Positions 1 through 7,285 of a DNA stretch of 46,171 nucleotides are shown piece by piece. The DNA comes from an uncultured Candidatus Saccharibacteria bacterium (GTDB lineage: Bacteria > Patescibacteriota > Minisyncoccia > UBA6257 > WO2-44-18), in NCBI GenBank assembly GCA_964545345.1, contig CAZJFE010000002.1:1-46171 (forward strand), read 5' to 3'. Both the position numbers and the translations under genes were made by a program. The notes beneath the pieces were generated by a model. It worked only from the letters and a program-made list of their open reading frames with translations. It was not told the DNA's origin and searched no databases. Within the stretch, counting starts at the first letter, position 1. Every line of letters starts with the position of its first letter.

Positions 1-2
1 TT

Positions 3-431
3 TTGGGTGATTTCAAAGATGTTAAAGGATTTGCCGAAAGCTACCTTTGGAAGAGTGGCGTGGAAGACAATGGTTTCGCGATGTTGCGGACCGCAGACAA
101 GAAAGTTGCTTCCATCCATGTTAGTTGGACTAACTGGAAATGGGTGCATAGTTTTGAATTGTACGGAGAGAATGGCTACTTAATTGTTGATGGTTTGGAT
201 CAGCGTTATGTGGGGCCGGAACGATTAACCATTGGAAAACGTGATCCGGAATTTAAAGCTCCGCCGGAAGAGCAAGTGGTTGTTTTTGATAAGGAACAAA
301 AAGAAGATTCTTTCGCGCGAGAGCTGAAAGAGCTTGCGTCGGCGGTTTCCGAGAAACGCAATCCGTTAACTTCCGGAGTTGACGCATTGGAAGCTATGAA
401 AATTGTTAAAAAAATTTATAAGGGTAAGTAG
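3..431 (+). CDS. Gfo/Idh/MocA-family oxidoreductase, C-terminal fragment (5' end outside window)
   Basis: ORF open to the window edge. The translation (SIHVSWTNWKWVHSFELYGENGYLIVDGL...) resembles the C-terminal alpha/beta domain of Gfo/Idh/MocA sugar oxidoreductases. Confidence 0.6.
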   Translation: MGDFKDVKGFAESYLWKSGVEDNGFAMLRTADKKVASIHVSWTNWKWVHSFELYGENGYLIVDGLDQRYVGPERLTIGKRDPEFKAPPEEQVVVFDKEQKEDSFARELKELASAVSEKRNPLTSGVDALEAMKIVKKIYKGK

Positions 432-489
432 TTGCTTTCAATTGGTTTTCGTGGCAAAATAGCGCCGGGCCTTTGAAAAGGAGAATGTT

Positions 490-1236
490 GTGAGGAAACC
501 AATCGCTGGCGTGGTTTTTGATCTTGAAGGAACTGTTATGGATATGGAGCCCGCGCATCATGAAGCGCATCTTCGAGCGGCCAAAGTAATTGGAGTAGAG
601 CTCACGTTGGAGCAATGCCTGGACGGCAAGACAGTCCCGCATTTTATCGGCGGTCCCGATGAAGTTGTCGCCAAGGAAATCGCTAATTTGATTCCGGGCA
701 TCGAGGTTGGTAGTGAGCAATGGCAGGATTCGGTCAGAATGTTTTCGGCGAACGATAAAGAAATCTACGAGCGTTTGATGAAGCAAAGATCATTTGATCC
801 ACGACCTGGTTTCTGGGATGTGTTAGGTCAGCTGAAGAATGATATTGGTTATCCGGTGGCGATCGGATCTTCTACTCCTCCGGAGTATGCCGAGATTTTA
901 CTTGGCCGCAGCGGACTATTGGAGAGTTTTTCCCGGGACCGGATCGTCCTCGGCCAGAAAGTGAAAGACGGCAAGGCAATTCCTGATGTTTGGGTTGAGT
1001 GCGCGAAGCGTATGAATGTTTCTCCGGATCAGCTCCTAGTTTTTGAAGATTCTCCACGCGGTATCATGGGAGCGGTTCAGGTTGGCGCCGATTGCATTGG
1101 TATGCCGGTCTATAACAAGCCTTCGGTGATTCAGAAACTGTTGGAGGCCGGCGCCGTTCGAGTTTTCATGGATTGGAAGGAGATGAATGTTTACGAAATG
1201 ATTGTCAACCTGGAGAATGAGCGCGCTAAGCCCTGA
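490..1236 (+). CDS. HAD-IA family hydrolase (beta-phosphoglucomutase/sugar-phosphatase-like)
   Basis: GTG start 8 nt after AAGGAG. HAD motif I-like VVFDLEGTV, a C-terminal FEDSPRG motif and 248 aa length fit the family. Confidence 0.75.
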   Translation: MRKPIAGVVFDLEGTVMDMEPAHHEAHLRAAKVIGVELTLEQCLDGKTVPHFIGGPDEVVAKEIANLIPGIEVGSEQWQDSVRMFSANDKEIYERLMKQRSFDPRPGFWDVLGQLKNDIGYPVAIGSSTPPEYAEILLGRSGLLESFSRDRIVLGQKVKDGKAIPDVWVECAKRMNVSPDQLLVFEDSPRGIMGAVQVGADCIGMPVYNKPSVIQKLLEAGAVRVFMDWKEMNVYEMIVNLENERAKP

Positions 1237-1244
1237 AAATTTTC

Positions 1245-1276
1245 AGCTCCCAGTCAATTGACTGGGAGCTTTTTTG
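1245..1276 (+). terminator. Rho-independent terminator
   Basis: Perfect hairpin AGCTCCCAGTCAATTGACTGGGAGCT followed by TTTTTT, directly after the stop at 1236. Confidence 0.85.
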
Positions 1277-1296
1277 TTGCTTAATTTAGGAAGTCT

Positions 1297-1417
1297 ATGA
1301 AATCCCGTTAGAAATTCTACTCAACCGAGTTAGGAGGACTAATGGGTAGTCTGCTAATATGAGACAAATGTATTTTATAAAGTCGTTGTTTGGTCAATAT
1401 TTCTAACGGGATGAAAT
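1297..1417 (+). promoter_or_regulatory. Start-codon-masking long-range inverted repeat, copy 1 (ATGAAAT direct repeats, 14-bp stem, 83-nt loop, mini-ORF MKSR*)
   Basis: ATCCCGTTAGAAAT (1302-1315) is the exact reverse complement of ATTTCTAACGGGAT (1399-1412). The 3' arm ends in the ATG at 1411. ATGAAAT occurs at 1297-1303 and 1411-1417. Confidence 0.7.
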
Positions 1418-2550
1418 CTTCTAAAGGAATGGTTTTAGTTACCGGTGGAGCCGGTTTTATCGGCTCTCACCTGGTTGATGGCTTAATCAACGCCGGATAT
1501 AGCGTCCGTGTTTTGGATTCACTCAATCCGCCGACCCATAACGGAAAAGTTCCGGAGTGGTTCAACAAAAAAGCTGAATTGATTAAGGGAGATGTTCGTG
1601 ATCGGAAAACTCTGGAAAAAGTTTTAGCGGGCGTGGACTATGTTTTCCACTTAGCCGCTTATATGGATTTCCTCCCCGATTTCAGCACTTATTTCACCAC
1701 CAACACCGCCAGCACCGCTTTGATCTATGAAATAATCGTTGAAAAGAAGCTGCCGGTGAAAAAAGTTATCATCACTTCTTCGCAGTCAGTTTATGGAGAG
1801 GGGAAATATCGTTGCGCCAAGCATGGAGAGATGTATCTGAAACATCGGAGCGAGTCGCAATTGAAGAAAAAAGATTGGGAAATGCATTGCCCGCAGGATG
1901 GCAGTGTCGTTCAGCCGGTGGCGGAAAATGAAGACGATATTTTAAGTCCGCAAATTCCTTATGGGATTTCTAAGCTGGCCGCGGAAAAAGTGGCGGTGAT
2001 TTTGGGGAAAATCTACAATATTCCGACTGTTTCGGTCAGATATTCTATTGTTCACGGCATTCGCCAGTCTTTCCGGCATTTTTATTCCGGCGCGCTTCGC
2101 TCTTTCGCGGTGCAGGCGCTTTCCGGAAAGCCGCTGACTATTCATGAAGACGGGAAACAGATCCGTGATTTTGTGAATATAAAAGACGTCACTTCCGCTC
2201 ATCTATTGTTGTTAGAAAATTCAAAAGCTGATTACGAGGCCTTCAACATTGGCAGTGGTCAGGTGACGACCGTTTTGGATGTGGCTAAGCTGGTTGCCAA
2301 AGAAGCCGGGATTAAATTCCAACCCAAATTGACTGGAGAATACCGGCTGAACACCCCTCGGCATCAGATTATGAATATTGATAAGTTGAAGAAACTTGGC
2401 TGGAAACCGAAATACACCTTATCGGATAATGTAAAAGAGTATGTGCAGTGGGTCAGCAATTATCCGGAAGCAATTAAATATTTTCAGCTGAGTGACAAAG
2501 TGCTGAAAAAGGCGAAAATAATAAAAATAAACCGATATTTAAATGGCTGA
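1411..2550 (+). CDS. NAD-dependent epimerase/dehydratase (extended SDR, nucleotide-sugar modifying)
   Basis: N-terminus MKSSKGMVLVTGGAGFIGSHLV carries the Rossmann GxxGxxG. A YGISK (YxxxK) motif is present. ATG 1411 is preferred over the track's TTG 1390, which adds a non-conserved extension. Confidence 0.85.
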   Translation: MKSSKGMVLVTGGAGFIGSHLVDGLINAGYSVRVLDSLNPPTHNGKVPEWFNKKAELIKGDVRDRKTLEKVLAGVDYVFHLAAYMDFLPDFSTYFTTNTASTALIYEIIVEKKLPVKKVIITSSQSVYGEGKYRCAKHGEMYLKHRSESQLKKKDWEMHCPQDGSVVQPVAENEDDILSPQIPYGISKLAAEKVAVILGKIYNIPTVSVRYSIVHGIRQSFRHFYSGALRSFAVQALSGKPLTIHEDGKQIRDFVNIKDVTSAHLLLLENSKADYEAFNIGSGQVTTVLDVAKLVAKEAGIKFQPKLTGEYRLNTPRHQIMNIDKLKKLGWKPKYTLSDNVKEYVQWVSNYPEAIKYFQLSDKVLKKAKIIKINRYLNG

Positions 2551-3397
2551 ATTACTAAAAAATAAAAAGGCAGTAATTACCGGCGGCAGCCGGGGGATCG
2601 GCAAGGTTGTTGCTAAACTCTTTTTGGAAAACGGCGCGGAGGTTTTATTATTTGCCCGGAATTCAAATGAATTATCGGAGGCGCAAAAAGAGTTGTCTGC
2701 TCTGGGGAAGGTTGAGGTTATTGCAGGCGATGTCTCTAATGTTAAAGATGTTGATGAAGTGGCAAAAAAAGCCAAGTCGCTTTGGGGTGAGGCAGATATA
2801 TTGGTTAATGCCGCGGGAATTTATGGTCCGATCGGTCCGGTCACGGAGGTGGACCCAGGAGAGTGGCGTAAGGTTATTGATGTTAACTTGATCGGTACTT
2901 TTTTAATGATTCGGGCGATTGCTCCATTAATGAAGACCAAGAAGATCGGGAAGATCATTAATTTTTCCGGTGGCGGAGAAGCGGCTTTCCCGAACTTTAC
3001 AGGTTATGTAGCTTCCAAGGGTGGCGTGTTGCGATTGAATGAGACCGTGGCGGCCGAGCTGAAGGATTTTAATATTGACGTCAATGCAATCACTCCGGGT
3101 CCGGTTAATACGAAATTTTTAGATGATCTTCTGAAGGCTGGTCCGGAAAAAGTCGGGAAAGATATGTATGACCGTTCCTTAAAGCAAAAGGAAACTGGCG
3201 GGGTGCCACCGGAGAGAGGCGCCGAGCTTTGTTTGTTTTTGGCATCAGCGGCTTCGGACGGAATTAGCGGGAAGATGCTTTCCGCCGTTTGGGACAATTA
3301 TCCGAAACTTCCCGAACATCTTCAGGAACTGATGTCGTCAGATGTTTATACTATGCGCCGGGTGAAGCCGGAGCATCGGGGTATGAAGTTTGATTAA
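2543..3397 (+). CDS. Short-chain dehydrogenase/reductase (classical SDR)
   Basis: KKAVITGGSRGIGK cofactor motif and YVASKGG (YxxxK) catalytic motif. The start overlaps the upstream stop by 8 nt, indicating an operon. Confidence 0.85.
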   Translation: MAELLKNKKAVITGGSRGIGKVVAKLFLENGAEVLLFARNSNELSEAQKELSALGKVEVIAGDVSNVKDVDEVAKKAKSLWGEADILVNAAGIYGPIGPVTEVDPGEWRKVIDVNLIGTFLMIRAIAPLMKTKKIGKIINFSGGGEAAFPNFTGYVASKGGVLRLNETVAAELKDFNIDVNAITPGPVNTKFLDDLLKAGPEKVGKDMYDRSLKQKETGGVPPERGAELCLFLASAASDGISGKMLSAVWDNYPKLPEHLQELMSSDVYTMRRVKPEHRGMKFD

Positions 3398-3420
3398 TTT
3401 GGTGTTATCTTAAAGAAACA

Positions 3421-4407
3421 ATGATCATCACTAGAACTCCTTTTCGTGTCACTTTGGGTGGTGGTGGAACTGACCTTCCTTCTTATTACGAAAAATATGG
3501 AGGGTTTATTTTTTCCGCTGGCTTGGATAAATATATGTATATTACTGTTAACCGCGCCTTGGAAGATGATCTAATACGGCTGAAATACTCCAAAACAGAA
3601 ACTGTTGAGCGAGTGGATCAACTGGAGCACGGTATTGCGCGGGAGGCTTTGCGAATGATGGGCATTGATAAGAAAATTGAGATTAGTTCGGTGGCGGATG
3701 TTTCTGCCGGCACCGGCCTCGGATCTTCCAGCTGCTATGCCGTCGGGGTCTTGAACGCTCTGCATACTTTGCGGCGTGATTACGTTTCGTTACAGCAGAT
3801 TGCCGAAGAAGATTTCAAATTGGAGAATCAAATTTTGAAGCGCCCGATCGGTAAACAAGATCCATATTTGGCGGCTTTTGGAGGGTTGACGGTTTTAGAT
3901 ATCGCTAAGGATGGGAAGGTTAAAGTCCGCAAGGCGAGTGTTTCTGAAGCTACGGCCGCTGATCTGAATCACAATCTGCTGTTGTTTTTTACCGGCGTGA
4001 CTAGAAGCGCTGATACAATCTTGAAAGAGCAATCCACATCGGTGAAAGATGACAAGAAAAGCGTAGTAGACAGTATGAACTACATTAAAGAATTGGGCTA
4101 TGAAATTTTAGAAGCGGTGGAAAGCGACAATATTTCTGAGGTGGGGCGGCTATTTGATGCCCATTGGCAACATAAGAAGAAAATTTCCAGCAAAATGTCT
4201 AATCCACAGTTTGATAAAATTTATAAGGACGCCAAAGCTAACGGCGCTTTGGGTGGAAAGATTTCCGGAGCGGGCGGCGGCGGTTTTTTCACCTTTTACG
4301 TTGAGAGCGATCACGCGAAGTTCCGGGAAGCGATGAAGAAGTGGGGACTGAAGGAGATGCGCTACAATTTTGATCATGAAGGATCAAAAGTTCTGGTTGA
4401 CTTGTAG
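3421..4407 (+). CDS. hddA: GHMP-family sugar kinase, D-glycero-alpha-D-manno-heptose-7-phosphate kinase-like
   Basis: N-terminus MIITRTPFRVTLGGGGTDLPSYY and GHMP motif GTGLGSSS. It sits among gmhA, gmhB and a nucleotidyltransferase gene. Confidence 0.75.
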   Translation: MIITRTPFRVTLGGGGTDLPSYYEKYGGFIFSAGLDKYMYITVNRALEDDLIRLKYSKTETVERVDQLEHGIAREALRMMGIDKKIEISSVADVSAGTGLGSSSCYAVGVLNALHTLRRDYVSLQQIAEEDFKLENQILKRPIGKQDPYLAAFGGLTVLDIAKDGKVKVRKASVSEATAADLNHNLLLFFTGVTRSADTILKEQSTSVKDDKKSVVDSMNYIKELGYEILEAVESDNISEVGRLFDAHWQHKKKISSKMSNPQFDKIYKDAKANGALGGKISGAGGGGFFTFYVESDHAKFREAMKKWGLKEMRYNFDHEGSKVLVDL

Positions 4408-4443
4408 GGCATTTTTGTAGCACAATCATACTTGCAATAAGTT

Positions 4444-5172
4444 ATGCCTATTAAGATCCACAATCTGAAAATAAAGATTTTCGCCGATGGGGCCGAAAAG
4501 GACGGTATGATTGAGCTCGCAAAAAAGCCATATATTCAAGGCTTTACTACTAACCCTACGTTAATGCGTAAGGCGGGTATTACCGATTATGTAAAATTTG
4601 CCAAAGAGGTTGTTGCCGCAATCCCGGATAAGCCGATTTCTTTTGAAGTTTTTTCCGATGATTTCAAAGAAATGGAGCGGCAGGCGAAAATTATTTCTTC
4701 TTGGGGTAAGAACGTTTATGTAAAAATTCCGATTACCAACACCAAGCGGGAATCGGCGGTGCCTTTAATCGCTAAATTAGTTTCCGCTGGGATCAAAGTG
4801 AATGTTACGGCCGTTTTCACTGTTAAGCAGGTGGAGGAGGTTGCAAAGGTTCTTTCTAAGAAAATTCCTTCAGTTGTTTCAGTTTTTGCAGGCAGAATTG
4901 CGGATGCGGGGTATGATCCTAAGCATTATATGAAAAAAGCGAAAGCGATTCTGGATTCTAACCCCAAAGCGGAGCTTTTGTGGGCTAGTCCTCGGGAGCT
5001 TTGGAACGTCTACCAAGCGCACAAAGTTGGATGCGATATTATTACTGTTCCGCACGACATTCTTAAGAAAATGGAGAAGTTGGGTTACGATCTGGACGAA
5101 TTTTCTCTGGACACCGTGAAAATGTTTTACGAAGATGGCCAGAAAGTCGGTTACACGTTATACGAATCCTAA
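4444..5172 (+). CDS. tal: Transaldolase / fructose-6-phosphate aldolase family protein
   Basis: FADGA...GFTTNPTL and the Schiff-base lysine context NVYVKIPITN. Length 242 aa. Confidence 0.8.
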   Translation: MPIKIHNLKIKIFADGAEKDGMIELAKKPYIQGFTTNPTLMRKAGITDYVKFAKEVVAAIPDKPISFEVFSDDFKEMERQAKIISSWGKNVYVKIPITNTKRESAVPLIAKLVSAGIKVNVTAVFTVKQVEEVAKVLSKKIPSVVSVFAGRIADAGYDPKHYMKKAKAILDSNPKAELLWASPRELWNVYQAHKVGCDIITVPHDILKKMEKLGYDLDEFSLDTVKMFYEDGQKVGYTLYES

Positions 5173-5175
5173 ATT

Positions 5176-5796
5176 ATGTATAGAGATTACATTGATTCTT
5201 ACTTAAAAGAAGTTCAGCAAATTGTTGACCAGATAGATAAAAACTCAATCCATCAGGTGATTGATATTCTTAAAGGCGTTCGTGATCAGAAGGGTCGCCT
5301 ATTTATTATCGGAGTTGGCGGTAGCGCCGGTAACGCCAGCCACGCGGTTAATGATTTTCGAAAATTAGCGGGCATTGAAAGCTATGCGCCTACCGATAAC
5401 GTCCCAGAGCTTACCGCCCGAACTAACGACGAGGGCTGGCACACTGTGTTTGCTCAATGGCTGAAGGGAAGCTCCCTTAATAGTAAAGACGCGGTGATGG
5501 TGCTTTCGGTTGGTGGTGGCAATGTGGAAAAAAATGTCAGTATGAATATCGTTGAGTCTTTGAAGTTGGCGAAATCGGTTGGGGCAAAGATAGTTGGTCT
5601 GGTTGGTCGGGATGGCGGATATACTAAGCAGGTGGCTGACGCCTGTGTCGTAGTCCCGACAGTTAATCCGGAAACCGTTACGCCACACTCTGAAGCTTTT
5701 CAGGCAGTAGTCTGGCATTTGATCGTTTCACATCCAAAGTTCCGAGTTAACGAAGGAAAATGGGAAACAGTGCAAAAACCAACCAACCTCGTCTAG
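5176..5796 (+). CDS. gmhA: SIS-domain sedoheptulose-7-phosphate isomerase
   Basis: SIS motif FIIGVGGSAGNASHAVNDF, about 200 aa, in heptose pathway context. Confidence 0.8.
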   Translation: MYRDYIDSYLKEVQQIVDQIDKNSIHQVIDILKGVRDQKGRLFIIGVGGSAGNASHAVNDFRKLAGIESYAPTDNVPELTARTNDEGWHTVFAQWLKGSSLNSKDAVMVLSVGGGNVEKNVSMNIVESLKLAKSVGAKIVGLVGRDGGYTKQVADACVVVPTVNPETVTPHSEAFQAVVWHLIVSHPKFRVNEGKWETVQKPTNLV

Positions 5797-6362
5797 AAAC
5801 GGCGAAGGCCGTTTTTTTAGATCGCGATGGCACCCTCATTAAGCAGGTGGAGTTAATGCACAAAATAGCGGACTTGGAAGTTCTGCCGGGAGTCCCAGAA
5901 GCAGTTGCCCAATTAAACCAGTTGGGTTTCTTGACGGTCATTGTTACCAACCAACCGGTAGTGGCTCGCGGCGTTGCGACGCCGGGGGATATTGAAAAAG
6001 TAAATACCGAATTACTTAAACGTCTCGCGGTTGGCGGTGGGAAAGTTGATGCGGTTTATTTTTGCCCACACCACCCCGAGGCAACCCTTGAGCAATATCG
6101 TGTTGTTTGCGATTGCCGAAAGCCGGAGCCGGGAATGATTTTGAATGGGATCAAGGAATTCAATATTGATCCAAGGCAGAGCTTTATGATTGGGGATGCG
6201 ATTATTGATATAGTGGCTGGCCAAAAAGCGGGTTTAAAAACTATTTTGGTGAAAAGCGGCCCTGGGCATTCCGGCTTGGACAAAAAATATCCCGATGTTC
6301 ATCCGGATTGGGAGGCGGCCGATCTTAGCGAAGCGGTTGAAATTATTAGTCGTCAGTCGTAA
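5760..6362 (+). CDS. gmhB: D,D-heptose 1,7-bisphosphate phosphatase (HAD-IIIA)
   Basis: VFLDRDGTLI motif I, the CPHHP...CDCRKPEPGM zinc/HAD-IIIA signature and a GDAIIDI motif. It overlaps the gmhA 3' end by 37 nt. Confidence 0.8.
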   Translation: MGNSAKTNQPRLETAKAVFLDRDGTLIKQVELMHKIADLEVLPGVPEAVAQLNQLGFLTVIVTNQPVVARGVATPGDIEKVNTELLKRLAVGGGKVDAVYFCPHHPEATLEQYRVVCDCRKPEPGMILNGIKEFNIDPRQSFMIGDAIIDIVAGQKAGLKTILVKSGPGHSGLDKKYPDVHPDWEAADLSEAVEIISRQS

Positions 6363-6382
6363 GTTGGTAGTTATAAGTTATG
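6348..6382 (+). repeat. Tandem heptanucleotide repeat, 5 units (AGTCGTC AGTCGTA AGTTGGT AGTTATA AGTTATG) spanning the gmhB stop and the next start codon
   Basis: Period-7 register read directly from the sequence. The TAA stop (6360-6362) and the ATG (6380-6382) both lie inside units. Confidence 0.8.
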
Positions 6383-7105
6383 AGTAATATAAAACAGGCG
6401 GTCATTTTATGCGCCGGTTTGGGCACGCGATTGCGGCCCATCACGGACACAATCCCAAAACCGATGCTACCGATTCTCGGCAAGCCGCTTTTAGAATGGA
6501 ATATTGAGCAGTTCAAAAAGCATGGAGTAGTGGAGTTTTTTATCAATCTGCACTATCTGCCGGAGGCAATTAAAAATTATTTTGGCGATGGTTCAAAGTT
6601 GGGGGTAAAGATAAATTATTTTTTGGAAAAAAACATTCTTGGCACTGCCGGCGGAATAAAAAGTTTTGAGAATCAGTTGGATGATGTTTTCTTCTTGATT
6701 TACGGCGACATGATCAGCTTGGTGGATTATTCCAGAATGACTAATGATTTTTTCGGAAAGTCGGATGCTATCGGAATGCAAAGAATGCAGAAGACGGATA
6801 ATTATGCCGACGCGGATGTCGCCGAGCTTGCCGACGACGGCAGTTATCTCAAAATCCATCCCAAGCCGCACACAGAGCATTATTCCAACGCCTATCGCAT
6901 GAAGGGAATCTTTATTTTGAAAAAAGATATTTTGAATCATATTCCTCCGGATACTTTCTATGAGCTGGGGAAAAATCTTCTGCCCGAGGTAGTGAGTAAG
7001 GGCAAGAAGTTTTATAGTTACGAATGCGATGATTACTCTAAAGGTATTGATACGGAGGATAAATGGCGAGAAGTTGAGGAATATCTAAAAAAGAGCTCGG
7101 CGTAG
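6380..7105 (+). CDS. hddC: Sugar-1-phosphate nucleotidyltransferase (heptose-1-phosphate guanylyltransferase-like)
   Basis: AVILCAGLGTRLRPITDTIPKPMLPI nucleotidyltransferase signature. It follows gmhB. Confidence 0.75.
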   Translation: MSNIKQAVILCAGLGTRLRPITDTIPKPMLPILGKPLLEWNIEQFKKHGVVEFFINLHYLPEAIKNYFGDGSKLGVKINYFLEKNILGTAGGIKSFENQLDDVFFLIYGDMISLVDYSRMTNDFFGKSDAIGMQRMQKTDNYADADVAELADDGSYLKIHPKPHTEHYSNAYRMKGIFILKKDILNHIPPDTFYELGKNLLPEVVSKGKKFYSYECDDYSKGIDTEDKWREVEEYLKKSSA

Positions 7106-7266
7106 ACCCCGCACCGAGCCGAGCGCTTCGCTTTCTCATCGTTTCAGGTAGAACTATGATTTGTGTTCTCGGGGACAGGTAATGCGAACTCCGTTGTTTT
7201 CCTAAGGAAAGCGGGTAAACGATGCAGCGCTCGATCTGGTGACGGGGTAGACGCCGGGCCTTTTTT
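7095..7266 (+). other. Large structured element: a stem of about 28 base pairs closing a roughly 100-nt multi-hairpin core, followed by a T6 run (candidate ncRNA, complex terminator or MITE)
   Basis: 7095-7126 pairs with 7227-7259 (two small internal loops). The inner helix CATCGTTT (7137-7144) pairs with AAACGATG (7217-7224). Three local hairpins lie at 7150-7169, 7170-7193 and 7198-7210. TTTTTT is at 7261-7266. Confidence 0.6.
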
Positions 7267-7285
7267 GTTGTAAAATAACAGCATT

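Noticed and set aside
1390-1410. ORF-track start codons at 1390 (TTG), 26851 and 37168, upstream of the ATGs at 1411, 26896 and 37177
   Set aside because: The extensions (MVNISNG, MCHGYARQAHPASNG, MCG) precede the conserved family N-termini and lie inside the inverted-repeat arms. All three genes share the GGGATGAA context at the internal ATG.
1297-1417. Integron attC sites as an explanation for the three inverted-repeat elements
   Set aside because: GTTAGAA/TTCTAAC only loosely resemble the GTTRRRY/RYYYAAC cores. The core orientation is opposite in copies 1-2 versus copy 3. No integrase or cassette organisation is present, and the elements sit at gene starts rather than gene ends.
7095-7266. 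Known ncRNA classes (SRP, 6S, tmRNA, RNase P, common riboswitches) for the structured elements at 7095-7266 and 24439-24734
   Set aside because: I found none of the signature motifs by eye. The motifs checked were the SRP GGAA/AGCA domain IV, the RNase P GAGGAAAGUCC box, the tmRNA tRNA-like ends and the TPP CUGAGA box. This is not a substitute for an Rfam scan.
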